DNA of 63,868 nt, the filler included, from Blastocystis sp. subtype 4 (lineage: Eukaryota), in NCBI RefSeq assembly GCF_000743755.1. It is 12 parts of 12 records of this genome, joined end to end, with 100 filler letters (N's around TTAATTAATTAA, not from the genome) between each part and the next. Parts side by side here need not be neighbours in the genome. Positions count along the whole stretch, not along the records: positions 50,043 to 54,856 come from NW_014569059.1; positions 54,957 to 59,725 come from NW_014569058.1; positions 59,826 to 63,868 come from NW_014569018.1; 9 more parts are not named here. One strand, 5' to 3'. Numbering within the stretch: the first letter of the stretch is position 1; each line of letters opens with the position of its first letter. Position numbers and translations under genes: made by a program. The notes under the pieces are model-generated. The model saw nothing but the letters and a program-made list of their open reading frames with translations, searched no databases and was not told where the DNA came from. Shown here in pieces: positions 49,943-63,868 of this stretch.

Positions 49943-51021
49943 NNNNNNNNNNNNNNNNNNNNNNNNNNNNNNNNNNNNNNNNNNNNTTAATTAATTAANN
50001 NNNNNNNNNNNNNNNNNNNNNNNNNNNNNNNNNNNNNNNNNNGTTCAAGTGGGGAGCGAAGAAACTGAACTATGTGGTATTGATGAAAGTAATCTATCAC
50101 GAATAGACATTGTTGAAGAAGTATGCTCCGTTGATGGCCTTGGCTATTTTTGTTGTGATGGTTCTCTACTTCCGTTTCCGATAGATTGTTTTGGTTTCAT
50201 TGTTTGATTGATCAACAGAACAGAATGATGAACTTAGCTATGAATCCTTTTGATAGCGTGATAATAGAGGGAGCAGTTCAATGTTCACATCTGTCGATGG
50301 ATGGTCGGAAAGAAAGTACTTTTCGATAACAGAATCATCCATTCCCCTATCGCAACAGGAAGCATCGGCAGTTACTCGAAGAAATGGGTGATTCCATGGG
50401 TGATTGGAAAGCGGAAGACAGTGATCACAAATGTAGAAATGAGGACATTGAATGCACTCTAATAGTATTAGAGAAGGTGGAGTCTTATGGCACTACACAT
50501 AAACGCACTGTTCTCAACAAACAAGAGAGCACGCATGGTTGTGAAGCACCTTATTCTTGCGCTTTCCATGTCTACCATTCAACAGTCTCAACACAACTAC
50601 TTCAGACTTCTTCTGGATTGATCTTGTCGAGTATAGGCACTCCACAGACGCTACAGATGATGTGTATCGCTCTATATTGTACGTTTACAATATTCTCAGC
50701 ATTATAAAGGAAGTGAGTAAAGTGATCGACACTACAATGAAGCCATTCCGCACCCTTACAACTGTGAATCATTATGTTCCATCATATGTTGTCGATTCTA
50801 GGTAATATTCTGACGGCATATGTACTATTTCCAGAGTAGGTCGAAGGATCTTTGTGGAATGAGCCCGTGCAGTTTCAGTATCAGGCATGAGTAAAGAAAA
50901 GAAAGAAAGTGTCACAGTGATAATTCATATCCTTTCAAGTGATATACAATAATAGACACCCCTAGCAAATCTCCACATTCACAAATCATCTTAATATCAA
51001 TACCAAATAAGAAAAAGAATA

Positions 51022-51094
51022 CTCCGAAGCGGGGAATCGAACCCCGGTCGTCCGCGTGACAGGCGGAAATACTTAACCACTATACTACTTCGGA
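51022..51094 (-). tRNA. tRNA-Asp (GTC)
   Basis: TCCGAAG acceptor stem, TAGTGG D-loop, CTGTCAC anticodon loop, GGTTCGATTCC T-loop. Confidence 0.95.
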
Positions 51095-51399
51095 ACCAAG
51101 ATAAGTCTCCTTCTATACAATATTAAACTTATATTTGATTAATCATTTCGTTTATCACTAAAACACTACGCTATGAAGACAATTCTATGGAAATTAATAT
51201 GTAATAGCTCAAACATAAATTTTCTGATGTTATGTAGGGAGACAGTTTAACTACAGAGGCGGAAGCCTATGGATGTTGAATTATCTCATAAACCTATACT
51301 ACATTTTATTCTCTATATAATGTCATGTGCTGAACTGGATAGTGGGGGCAATTTTAGAAGGTCAGTTTATTCTCAGTGTCATATTTTACTTATCTCTTT

Positions 51400-52343
51400 T
51401 CTTTCTATGTTTGAGCAGGGCGAAGAAAACACTCCTATGGTATCATTTAACGGAGAACTTGAGAGCCTTATGCCAATTAACAGAAACAACTCTTTTGTGG
51501 ATAATAATAATCCGAATGTGCCCAATACAGAGTACAATAGTTTTCAAGGTCGTCATATTCCTTTCCCAGTGATGGTGTCTTCAGAGGATCAGTCACCGCT
51601 AACTGCTCCGACTTCTTATACCTCTGATAGTGTTTATAACCCGTTTTTGGTACAGTCTATTAGTACTGTTGGTAGTAAATTCGATGTGTCGGACAATCCT
51701 GCCGATCATGCTGTTCCATCTTCCCTATCTACCTCTACAAACAGTCAATTTGATAGCGCTGCTTATGACGATAGTATTCTTATTGTGGCACATCCATCTC
51801 CAGATGACGCCTTTACTCCTAAGGGTTCTAGTAGTTACTTATCTTGATGCTTTATGTCTAGTGTCACATCTTGGAACCGATTCTAACGGTGATTCTATGT
51901 TTAGCCTGACCGAACCTTCTGAAACGAAGTCATCTAGGCTAACCAATCTTTATGAAGAAGCATGTGATATTGAGCCACGTCTTCGATCGTTACAGTATTT
52001 GGCTCCACTTCGTCATTGCAAACGAGAAGAAAATATAGTAACGATTCCTGGTGATCGAAGACGCTCAAAGATTCCTGGTAGTCGAAGAAGACGTTCAAAG
52101 ATTCCCTCAGGAGTGAAGAAAGTGTCTTTGTATCTTTATGAACTCTATCTCAAAAATTACAGCAGTGCCTCAATCAAAGATATTGCTGAAACTATTCAAA
52201 TTGATTACCTATCTCCATGGCTTCGGTACCTTCTTCTCCTCGGACTTATTCTTAGATTTGAAGCAGACTCTTGCGTTATTCGTCAATTTATCTACAATCA
52301 GGTTAAAAACCGAACGCCAAGATACAATCGACGTGCTGATTAG
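51400..52343 (+). CDS. Hypothetical protein, low-complexity N-terminus with basic patch and helical C-terminal domain
   Basis: Consecutive ORFs 51269-51847 and 51630-52343 probably joined by short introns; boundaries approximate. Confidence 0.45.
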
Positions 52344-54013
52344 TAGTTCTTTAGCCATCTTTACAGAGGTGATTCTCTGTATTTTTCATTTTTGTTCGGC
52401 TACTTCTATCTTTCTTATTAGTCTGTTTGATCATAAACACAAAATGAAAAGGGATTATTCTGATAGTTGTTATTATTCATTTCACTGGATGTAGATTTGA
52501 CATTTGGAAGCGGAGTTACATGAGATATAGGTTTTCCCGAAGTCTGGATTTCCGAAGGTGTAGTCACCACCTCCATATTCAATATCCTTTCTTCTGTTGG
52601 TTCAGGTAGTGTTCTAGATGTCAGCACAAGGGATCACTCCTACGTATGTTTGTGAACAGAAACTGGATCATCTCTCGCCTCTCGATTCTAGAATCAATTT
52701 CCATGGAGTCACCTACCATCCTCAACCTGTACTTTTGTAGATGACTGCGAATCTGAGCGACATTACGACTACCAACATATATACTGATAGCTTTCTTGTT
52801 TTTCTCTCCGAATCTGTAAGTTAGTTACAATACATGTACAAACAATTGCAAGGCATCCAGAAATCGCTTGTGCTCATATGCAGTCCAATACCGAGGTTGC
52901 TGTGACGAAGACCGCTCGTTATTATCTGAAACTATTGATAACCGAAGAACCTCTAACTCATTCTTGATTCTCTCATTCTACATGGTATTATCTCGAAGAG
53001 TAAATACTTCGTGAAAGAGGCTCTTTACTTTAGCTTCTAACTGTCGAATCTTCTCATGACTGCGAATCTATCATCATGACCCAACAACAGTACTACTAAT
53101 TCTGAATTCAGCTCTTCTTCTCTTCGCGAGGCCGAAAAGTACTTCTGTTGAGTTCCATCACTACCCAAGAGTTCCGCAATTCCGGGAGCTGATATATTTT
53201 GAAAACACGAATTTTGCTCTAGAATGTCAAATAATTAAGGAAATTGGACGATTACTCGGTAAAGAGAACGAATGAGGCATCCCACCTCCATTCTCATCAC
53301 CCAGGAAAGTAATTGACACTATGAGTAATAATATACCCAATCTACTACAGCTCCTTTCACGATCCATTTCCAAAGTATCTACACCATGAATGAACTAGCA
53401 AACTATCACCTGAGTTTAAATGGTCAGCATTTGTATCCATAGATACTACATTAAAATCCTTTCTCTAGACGTACCTTTCTCCAAATCATATTGCAAATCA
53501 TTTACAATCGCTGGAGATTCTTTGGAACACTGAGATCTTGCTCTTTCCATTAGAATCACGGGCCAATGATTTGCAAATGGATTACTCCTCCGCAAGCTAT
53601 ACTATTCAAAACTAGCGTCGTTGGACTGTCTAGTGGTATAGCAATGACAACAAAAGTGGGACCCCAAGTATTGCAATATGTGGCCAATTTGTTAGCTCAA
53701 ATTCATTATTCAATGTAGTAGTGTGAAAACGTACTGTGAATACATGGGTAGGTCTTGTCGATTGTGCTTTGATAAGCAGTCATTGTGAAATATAATAATT
53801 ATAAAAGTGACCAAACCACTATACTACATGGCATAACCAAGTGAAGGGTCACAATCCGTGGTATTGGGATGTCCGAGTTTACTTCGCTTTGCAAAGTCCC
53901 TTCACATCTCGATAATGGATGTGAAGATGCAAGCGCTCTGGACACATGTAGTATTATTGGTTATTAGTATCTGATACCTAGCTTCCTGCAATAACGAAAG
54001 CGGTATTAACCTG

Positions 54014-54700
54014 ATGAAGGGAATGTCATTTCTACCGATAGAAATACCGGTAAACAATGATCTAAATCCTGTGGAACAACAAAAATGTGCAAATAATGAA
54101 ATAATCTTACAAAAATATGATTCAGCATTGTTAGCGAATCATGATGCTAAAGAATGTGGTCTGAGTTGCCAAATGACGAGCTCATCGTCAGCAACTGTCT
54201 TTAGTGAGTCCAGTTCAACGCTTTCAAATCGTACGCCGTCATCTTTGTCGACGCAATTGTCAAATACGGATTATAGTGAATTCAGGTTGTGTCGGCCATC
54301 AAGTTACTGCTTTCTTAACATTGGTGGGAACAGATACGTGTCCATTCATGTTCAAACACCTGATGAGTACACTCGTCTTATGGCTACAAGGAAAGATGAA
54401 GTGCCTAATGAGAGTCCCCGCTATCGGAAGAGGCCGGGAAAGAAACGTCGTCATCGAAAGAACTTCGATCAGAATGTGAAGAAGCGGATTTTGGATCTTT
54501 ACTTGAAATTGATCACTGAAGATCCTAGTTACTCTATTCGAAACGTCGCGTTAGCTATCTACAATACATTGAGTAAAGAAGCGTAAGAATGTACTGTTGC
54601 TTCTATCATAGGGGATTTGATCATACATACAAGAATATTCTTACTCTTCTTTACAACTTTAGACAAAAGCAATGATTGCTTGAAAAGTTCAGGAAAAGCA
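54014..54700 (+). CDS. Hypothetical protein with similar basic patch + helical domain
   Basis: RKRPGKKRRHRKNFDQNVKKRILDLY..SIRNVA resembles RRRRSKIPSGVKKVSLYLY..SIKDIA; end approximate. Confidence 0.5.
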
Positions 54701-55260
54701 AACCCTTTTCTACTTTTGTCAGCTTCTGTTTGTTCTACTGTATTCAATACTATAATATTTGTTTTTATCAAGTCCAAAACTGCGATATCGATTTGAGGGG
54801 ATCCCCCATATTCGATATAGTGAATCCAAACTCATAGAACCTTGTATCACGAAATGNNNNNNNNNNNNNNNNNNNNNNNNNNNNNNNNNNNNNNNNNNNN
54901 TTAATTAATTAANNNNNNNNNNNNNNNNNNNNNNNNNNNNNNNNNNNNNNNNNNNNAGATTCAACAAATCCTGTAGAATTGACACAATCCATCCAATGAC
55001 AAAAGAAGAAGGTATTTTGGTGATAGAATTGGGAGTGTTTTGGGAATCAGAAGATATCTTAGAGATGTGAGAAATGCGTTGTTGGAGTGGTAGATAGTAA
55101 TCAAAATAGGTTCTGAGTTTGGTTACTGATCTCCATTCACAACTAGCTTTGATCACTGAAATAGTCTCTCTTTTTGGAAGTAATAACAAATAATCCCCAA
55201 CTTTTTGGAATTGCATAAACCCAATTACATCACTTTCGTTTGTACATCGTTGAATTGAGT

Positions 55261-57081
55261 ATGGAAACATCTCCTTCTACGGCTATTGGAATTGATTTGG
55301 GAACAACCAATTCATGTGTTGCAGTATGGAAAAACGGTCAAATCCAAATTGCTCCTAGCGATATGGGAACCCGGACGATTCCGTCGGTTGTATCATTTAC
55401 AGACACGGAGAGAATTATTGGAGTTGCTGCGAAGAAGCGAATGAAGTCAAATTTTGAAAATACGGTATATGATGTGAAACGACTGATTGGTCATGCCTAC
55501 AAGGATCCTGAAGTTCAGAATGATATGAAAATGTGGTCTTTTAAGGTATCGGAAAGCGTGGAAGGAAAACCTGTCATCAACCTGAAGTACAAGAAAGAGC
55601 CGTATGTCGTGAGTCCTGAGCAGATTAGTGCAATGATTTTGGAACAAATGAAGAAGCAGGCTGAAGCCTTTTTGGATGCTAAAGTGACAAAAGCAGTAAT
55701 CACAGTTCCAGCCTATTTCAACGATAGTCAGCGTCAAGCTACGAAGGATGCTGCTACTATTGCTGGTTTGCAGGTACTCCGAATTCTGAATGAACCCTCT
55801 GCAGCTGCCTTTGCCTACGGATTTGAGAACCAGAATACCGAAAAGAATATTTTAATTTATGATTTAGGAGGAGGTACTTTTGATGTATCGATTCTGCATG
55901 TAAAGGATGGTCAGTTCGAGGTGATTTCCTGTAACGGAGATAGTCATCTCGGAGGAAACGATTTTGATTCGAATTTGTCTCGGTATGTGATGGAACAATA
56001 TAAACGAGAAACAGGCGAGGATATTAGTGAGAATCGACGCTGGCGAGCGCGTGTGCGTGATGCCTGCGAAAGCTGTAAGATGGAACTCTCGTTTACATCC
56101 ACATCACGAGTGGAATTCGAGGATTCTGGCTTTGAATGTGCGATTTCGCGATTCCTTTTCGAAGATTTGAATGCATCACTTTTCAAGAAGACTATCACAA
56201 TTGTTGAGAAGACCCTCCGAGATGCGAATCTTGATAAGAATAGTATTCATGAAGTAGTGTTGGTTGGAGGATCAACACGTATACCAAAGATTCAGGAAAT
56301 GCTTACAAATTGCTTTCCTCATAGTAAGGTGTGTAAGAGTATCAATCCTGACGAGGCTGTGGCTATGGGAGCATTGATTATGGCTCAGAAGGAAGATGGC
56401 GATAAGTCGGATGAGAAGGGTCCGTTTGAAGATATCAGTATTCTTGATTGTACTCCTCTATCATTGGGTGTGGAAACAGTTGGAGGAATGATGAGTGTGA
56501 TGATCCCTCGCAACACACGTATTCCAACATCGTATACTGATGTATATACTACTCCAACGGACAATCAAACTACGGTAGAGATCAAAGTATTCCAAGGCGA
56601 ACGGTTATTAACCCGAGATAACTGTCTATTAGGGAAATTCATGATTACAGATATTCCTATGATGAAAGCAGATGAACCAATTATTGAGATCACGTTTTAT
56701 ATTGATGAAAACAATATTCTGAGTGTATCTGCTATTGAAAAGGGAAGTCAGAAACAGAGCAAGATTCTAATTGACAATGCAAATACCAATCTTTCTCAAG
56801 CACAAATTCAGATGATGGTGGAAACGGCCAAGAAGTTCCGTCGAGATGACGAGGAGAATGCAAAGAAGTTGATGTATATCAATGACCTAGAGAATTTGGT
56901 CCGTCAGATCCATGATCTGTTTGAGCAGAAGAGACTTCCTGAGGAGGTCACCCTCCAGGTCAGTGATGAAGTGAATAGCTTGCAGGACTTCTTATATTCA
57001 TGTTCTGGAGCTGAAATGAACGATATTCTAGCAAGCATTCAGAGTGCGCAAATGGTTATCGATACGCTCCAAAGTTATTAA
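55261..57081 (+). CDS. HSP70: Divergent HSP70, intronless, no EEVD
   Basis: IGIDLGTTNSC, ITVPAYFNDSQRQAT, YDLGGGTFDVS, VLVGGSTRIPK. Confidence 0.95.
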   Translation: METSPSTAIGIDLGTTNSCVAVWKNGQIQIAPSDMGTRTIPSVVSFTDTERIIGVAAKKRMKSNFENTVYDVKRLIGHAYKDPEVQNDMKMWSFKVSESVEGKPVINLKYKKEPYVVSPEQISAMILEQMKKQAEAFLDAKVTKAVITVPAYFNDSQRQATKDAATIAGLQVLRILNEPSAAAFAYGFENQNTEKNILIYDLGGGTFDVSILHVKDGQFEVISCNGDSHLGGNDFDSNLSRYVMEQYKRETGEDISENRRWRARVRDACESCKMELSFTSTSRVEFEDSGFECAISRFLFEDLNASLFKKTITIVEKTLRDANLDKNSIHEVVLVGGSTRIPKIQEMLTNCFPHSKVCKSINPDEAVAMGALIMAQKEDGDKSDEKGPFEDISILDCTPLSLGVETVGGMMSVMIPRNTRIPTSYTDVYTTPTDNQTTVEIKVFQGERLLTRDNCLLGKFMITDIPMMKADEPIIEITFYIDENNILSVSAIEKGSQKQSKILIDNANTNLSQAQIQMMVETAKKFRRDDEENAKKLMYINDLENLVRQIHDLFEQKRLPEEVTLQVSDEVNSLQDFLYSCSGAEMNDILASIQSAQMVIDTLQSY

Positions 57082-57122
57082 TTTTAAATGTGGTATGGAT
57101 ATTTGTTGCTCACATTTTCTTC

Positions 57123-57734
57123 ATGGATACCAATTCATCCCGAATAAACTACGACGACTTGTTCTCCGTTCGAATTGATGGTCTTTCTCGTGATGCCACG
57201 TTCGCCTTAGAGAGATCAACTGATTTCGTAGAAAGGACGACTTAAGAAGCCTTTTTGATAAGTACGGAAAGATTGAGGATATATACATCCCTCGAGATAA
57301 TTATTCAGGTGGTAACAAGGGTTTCGGATTTGTTCGCTACGTAACGGAAGCTGAAGCAAATGATGCTGTGAAAGAGAACGGAGAACAATTTATGGGCCAG
57401 CAAATCCGTGTAGAGTTTGCTGGGAAGCGTCCTCCAAGAAGACAGTTCTGTTGTTTTGGAAAGGTAACTAAATAGGAACCGGAATCGCTCTCGCAGTTAT
57501 GATCGCTACCGTCGCAGTTCTAGCTCTCATCGTCATTATCGTCGTAGTTCGAGCCGCAGTCCCAGCTACAGTCGCAATCGTGATTCAAGAAGACGTTCGA
57601 GTCGTAGCTACAGTCGCAGTCGTGACTCAAGAAGACGATCAAGTCATCGTGAACGCAGTGTGAGTCGTGATGGCGATTCCAACAAGAGACGGAGTTACAA
57701 CCGCAACCAGGATCAGAGACGTTCTAGATCATGA
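57123..57734 (+). CDS. SR-family splicing factor (RRM + RS domain)
   Basis: IEDIYIPRD, KGFGFVRY, RVEFA, RS-rich tail. Confidence 0.8.
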
Positions 57735-57764
57735 TTTGTTTGTTCAAAACAGATTTGATACACG

Positions 57765-59395
<1,631 letters not shown>

Positions 59396-59427
59396 TACAT
59401 CTTTGTTGTTATATCGTTACCAATCAA

Positions 59428-59511
59428 AACAATTGATAAGTATATCAACTGACGTCTGAAAAAGGATAACAATTGATAAGTATATCCACTGACGTCTGAA
59501 AAAGGATAACA
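59428..59511. repeat. 40-bp tandem duplication
   Basis: AACAATTGATAAGTATATC(A/C)ACTGACGTCTGAAAAAGGAT x2. Confidence 0.9.
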
Positions 59512-59989
59512 TGATTATTATCACTCTACAATGCTGTAGAACACAAGAGAATGAACATTTCTTTAGTAAAGAGAAGATAAGAGTGTAATATTACGAATCA
59601 AAACAACATATGAATCTCTTCAAATGAAATGGTTTCAACAGAATCAGTAGTTATCTATTGAATCATGAATTGTCTGGTTTCTGTGTTTTTCTTATTAGTG
59701 ATTCTGTTCTATTCTTCTATCTATCNNNNNNNNNNNNNNNNNNNNNNNNNNNNNNNNNNNNNNNNNNNNTTAATTAATTAANNNNNNNNNNNNNNNNNNN
59801 NNNNNNNNNNNNNNNNNNNNNNNNNAGCAGCGTGCTTTCATGGGACTGAGACAAGCTCGTTGTGATGCTCGTAACTATGGACGTCGTCTGAAGCGTGCTA
59901 GTGAGGCTGAGGAAGAGAACTAAGGAGTGTGGAATAAGGACAATGATATTGTGTTTGTGAAGAAACAACAGACATTGCTTTGAGCGATT

Positions 59990-62900
59990 GGGCAATAGGA
60001 ATGGAGAGTACTTTTCGAATCGAAGAGACTGTTGTAATGATTTGACCAGCTAAGCATATACAGATGGAAATTAGGATCGAGTGAGGTCAAAGATCACTTT
60101 GAAGATTGTTACAGGATATAACACTATTCACCTTAAATCCCAGTGGAATATCTATAATAAGCGACTCTTGCTTACAAATGATAAAGGCGATCAGAATCCC
60201 CGCACCCATTCCGCAAAGCAATGGAGATAGCATAATAGACGCAGTAATTACAAGATATCTATTCATGTAACAGCAACAAAATGAATACGCTATGTAGATG
60301 TGTCTTTTGGTAAAACCAATGGCCCTCAGAATGTTAATTTCTACAGAATGATTTGAAACGAAAATAGAAAGATTCGAAATCACCGAAAATACGGTGATGA
60401 GATTAGCGATGACAGTAATCACCGTGAACAACAGAACGAGCATATCACAGGACCACTTAATAGTCTACAGATTGGATATTTAGAAGGTCAATACGTCATA
60501 TTCGGACACGATACTTCGAGTGTTGATTCCCTTATACTTCCTTAGGAGATAATCCATAATCATATTCACCTGTCCTGTATTGATAACAGAGTCCTGATTT
60601 GGGGTCTTTACATAGATGTCATCTACAATGACCTGAATCTCAATCCTTCATTATCACTACTTCACCGAACTGTGAAAACTGCTTTTCTGTAGTGATCACA
60701 GTAGATGGATTACCATTCATGAATGTGAGAGGAGGAGAGAACTTATATATAGGACTAGAAGAGACAAAACGATAATCAATCGTACAACCACTTAAGAGAT
60801 GTGTAAGGATATACAGAATGATAATTTCCATCCACAAGCATTGAATAATGATCCTCATGAAGGTTACTACTCAAAACATCTTGAAGATTCTGAGGAACAA
60901 TCAACATCACTAGGATTCAGTTGTGTCATTTGAATGGACATTTCTCTTCATTATCATAGATCATATCCATTTCAGAGAGTACTGAAGATAATCCTTTGCT
61001 GCTTTCAGCGTATTTGCTACGAGGACCCTCCTTAATCCACTCATGAAACATCGTATCAAAGAGACCCTCAGAGGCAGCCAATCTAGTGTTAAGAGAATGG
61101 AACAAGATTACAGACGCAAATCCTGTTTCTGTACTCGTCCTAATGTGTAGAGGGTTGGTTGAGTATCAAGTGGCTTGGATAACCATGAGAACTGAAGGTG
61201 ATTTATAACTGGATCTGCTTGACATTGAGAGATGAATGATTCAACCTCTGAAACGGTATTCTGAGAGGGAATAATCGTGAATATAGACCCATAATAGTAT
61301 TTGAGATTAATCAGTAACATTGCTGACTGAGATGAAGCAATTGTATCAATGAATAGAATCAAAGTGTATCCAAATAGAAGGGATAATTGCATATTAAGTG
61401 TCTTTCGTCGATTATTCCGAAGTGTTAAGTGCGAATAGGCTCGGATTCCTCCAGATACAAAGATGGTAAAGAATTGTTGAAGGAGTACAGCTAGAGGGTG
61501 GAGAAGAGGCATCAAGAGGAGTATTAGACCAACAATAAACACGATCAGAATCAACATAAAAACATAGAATACAATCTAAGGTTCAATAATACTTGAATTC
61601 ATACTGTCATGTTATTGCTAATGAATCCAAGAGGAAGAAAGTAATAAATACAAACACCTAGATCATACATCCTTTCTGATTCATACCACACACAGCCATC
61701 AACAGAGAGATAAATACAACTAGCGATGGAAGCATGGGTTTACTAGAAGAAGTGACAATCTTATATTCAATCACTTGATTCCCATCAGATCTTGCATTCT
61801 GATCTACTTCTTGGAGCATGGATCGGATAGATGGCACAGCAGCTGCTACAGGAACAACAATTCCTAAGAAGAGAGCCAATAGAACTGTTTTCAAAGTAAA
61901 CGAAAGAGAAATGGAAAGATGAAGGAGTGAAGAGAGAACTCCGAGAAGAATACCACAGAGGAGCTGAGGATAAATCATTCAATCAATGCATACAAAACAT
62001 ACTAATAGACCAAGTATTGTTGAAATCAGTGCATACTGAATCACTTGAAGGAATAGCATGGCTCTATTATCATGAAGCCTATTCGAATTCTACACAATTG
62101 TCTCTTTGGTACTACCCATATGAAGCATCGAGCGATAGTCACCCATCCGATTGTGAATCTATCAATCAATAGCTTAAGAATCATGAACCATGATCTTGGT
62201 GAGATTATAGAGAAGATTCGCTGAGAGATAGACTAATAGCAATAGTAAGAGATCTGTGATTAGTGAGAGATACATGTTCACATTCCCTCTCACTGCTAAT
62301 TCTGAAAGAAGAGGAGCATCAGTATGAACAAGTGAGAAACCTAACTGATAATTAATGGATTCCATCAGAGTTGAGAGTGATTCTGTCAAACGATCGTAAT
62401 TTGGCTGACTGTATTCATTCACCTTTCTATTATCATCCATGTTAACACCAATCTAACTAACATCTCATCATCAATTAGAGTACATAGTGAGAATAAGCAT
62501 CAAGGAATGAAGTGGTATCGATTGTAGGTGCGAACTCCAAATCAGCCATCTCTAGGTTCGATCAAGGAATCAATATAGGAATGAAGGAGGATATTCCACT
62601 GATCATATCTTCTAGTAGAGAAGGGTTATAATCAGCAGGGATAAAGATGTAATTCTTCTGCCCCCTTGTTATTTTATTCTATATCATATCAGTTGTACAG
62701 AGATACATGATTATCATAAGAAATACAAACAGGTCGTTTGATAGTGGTATATGGATTATCAGAGAATCTTATTGTCATATCTTGAATAAGAAGTACTCTT
62801 CTCTCCATGCTGTTATGTTTGCTGTGGATGATTTGTGTTGAAGAAGAGTGGCAAAGGCTTTTCTCATCATCAAGAGGCTCTCTGGATCTTACTCTAATTG

Positions 62901-63700
62901 AATCTGAAGAATCACATCATCTCCTTCTTTGATTCCTAGAGTGTTTGCAATGGCCTCCGATATAACAATTGATTGAGATGGTAGTGGTCCATCGGTTCCT
63001 GCAGAATTGAATCCACGTCCCCATCCGATGTCCTGTTCTTGTGTGTCATTCACCACATAGATACTGGTGTACACACCAGACTTATCACATAAAAATACAG
63101 TGTTAGAATCCCTCAATATCGATGAACAGGAAGGACTGGACGGAGAATAGACCCAGCCTACATATTCTTGTCTAGGGGAGAGTTGTAATCCCTTGTTTTG
63201 TCATCAATTCTACAATTCTACTTTCAGAGTCTCATCAGCTCCCTTCTTTTGATAACGAATCGGTTCATGGATCAACTGATCCACTGCCCTGAAATCAATA
63301 TATGGGTTCGAACTGTTCTGGAGTCGGATAATAAAGTCAATCTAATGGGAAATACCATCAACGAGACTCACATCACCAACAGCTTTCTCAGCCTCCATCA
63401 GGAAGATCAGTGGCATATACTGGATCACTGTATTTACTGCTACAATGGCCACAACAGAGAGGAGACAACAAACAAACGACATCCAGAATCTACATCTCAT
63501 CCGATTCCAATGTCTCACATAAGTGGATGTTGTTTAGTCTGATTCCATGCAATTGAAATCTCATTGTGAAGGAAGAACAAAAACTAGAAATGCAGGATAT
63601 GATACTGAGAATGGAGGTTGTATATTTCTTCTCGACAACCTTTTTCTTCCTTGATCGTTCAGACATCCCAATAAAGCAGACTTCTCACTTGTCAATCTTC
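59990..63700 (-). CDS. FtsX-like (ABC-type) permease family protein, multi-exon
   Basis: Two TM bundles, EINILRAIG, SEAIANTLGIKEGDDV; boundaries approximate. Confidence 0.7.
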
Positions 63701-63868
63701 GTCACGAAAGGACTCAAAAGGAGTTTAACAAACAACTATTATGACAATTAACATCCGAAGTGATCAGACAAGCACACTTAGTGGTGATGATGAGCACGAC
63801 GCATCTTAGAATAGGACTCCTTAACAGCGTCTCTCTTGGCAAGAGCTCTCTTGTGAGAACCAAGCTAC

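Noticed and set aside
52440..53900. Probable minus-strand multi-exon gene(s)
   Set aside because: Exons and product could not be supported from sequence alone

Overview
This is not one locus. It is 12 short contigs (about 4-8.5 kb) joined by 100-bp N spacers carrying an artificial TTAATTAATTAA linker, so adjacency across spacers means nothing. The DNA is from a compact eukaryote: introns of about 30 nt, TGTTTGTT 3' motifs and apparent polyadenylation-created stop codons all point to Blastocystis (inference). Host genes include CDC20, a phytol-type kinase, a GT49 glycosyltransferase, a selenocysteine thioredoxin reductase with SECIS, Aquarius, an OCRL/INPP5B-like phosphatase, PRP6, an aldo-keto reductase, HSP70, an SR protein, RIO2, an FtsX-like permease, tRNA-Asp, and several LRR/MORN/Ig family genes. 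The most striking signal is a dispersed virus-like DNA element system. (i) A frameshifted ~1000-aa AEP-primase/SF3-helicase gene (20695-23758). (ii) Five copies of its downstream end (repeat A), with an iteron array and a covarying GC-rich terminal hairpin; the iteron word differs between subfamilies on a conserved scaffold. (iii) Three Polinton-like AGTAGT termini (repeat C). (iv) Four fragments of a penton-like minor capsid gene. (v) A linked hairpin-rich repeat (B). The window also appears to hold both the filled and the empty allele of one insertion, located in the divergent promoter of two atlastin/GBP-GTPase-LRR fusion genes. Coordinates of intron-containing genes and repeat boundaries are approximate unless stated otherwise.
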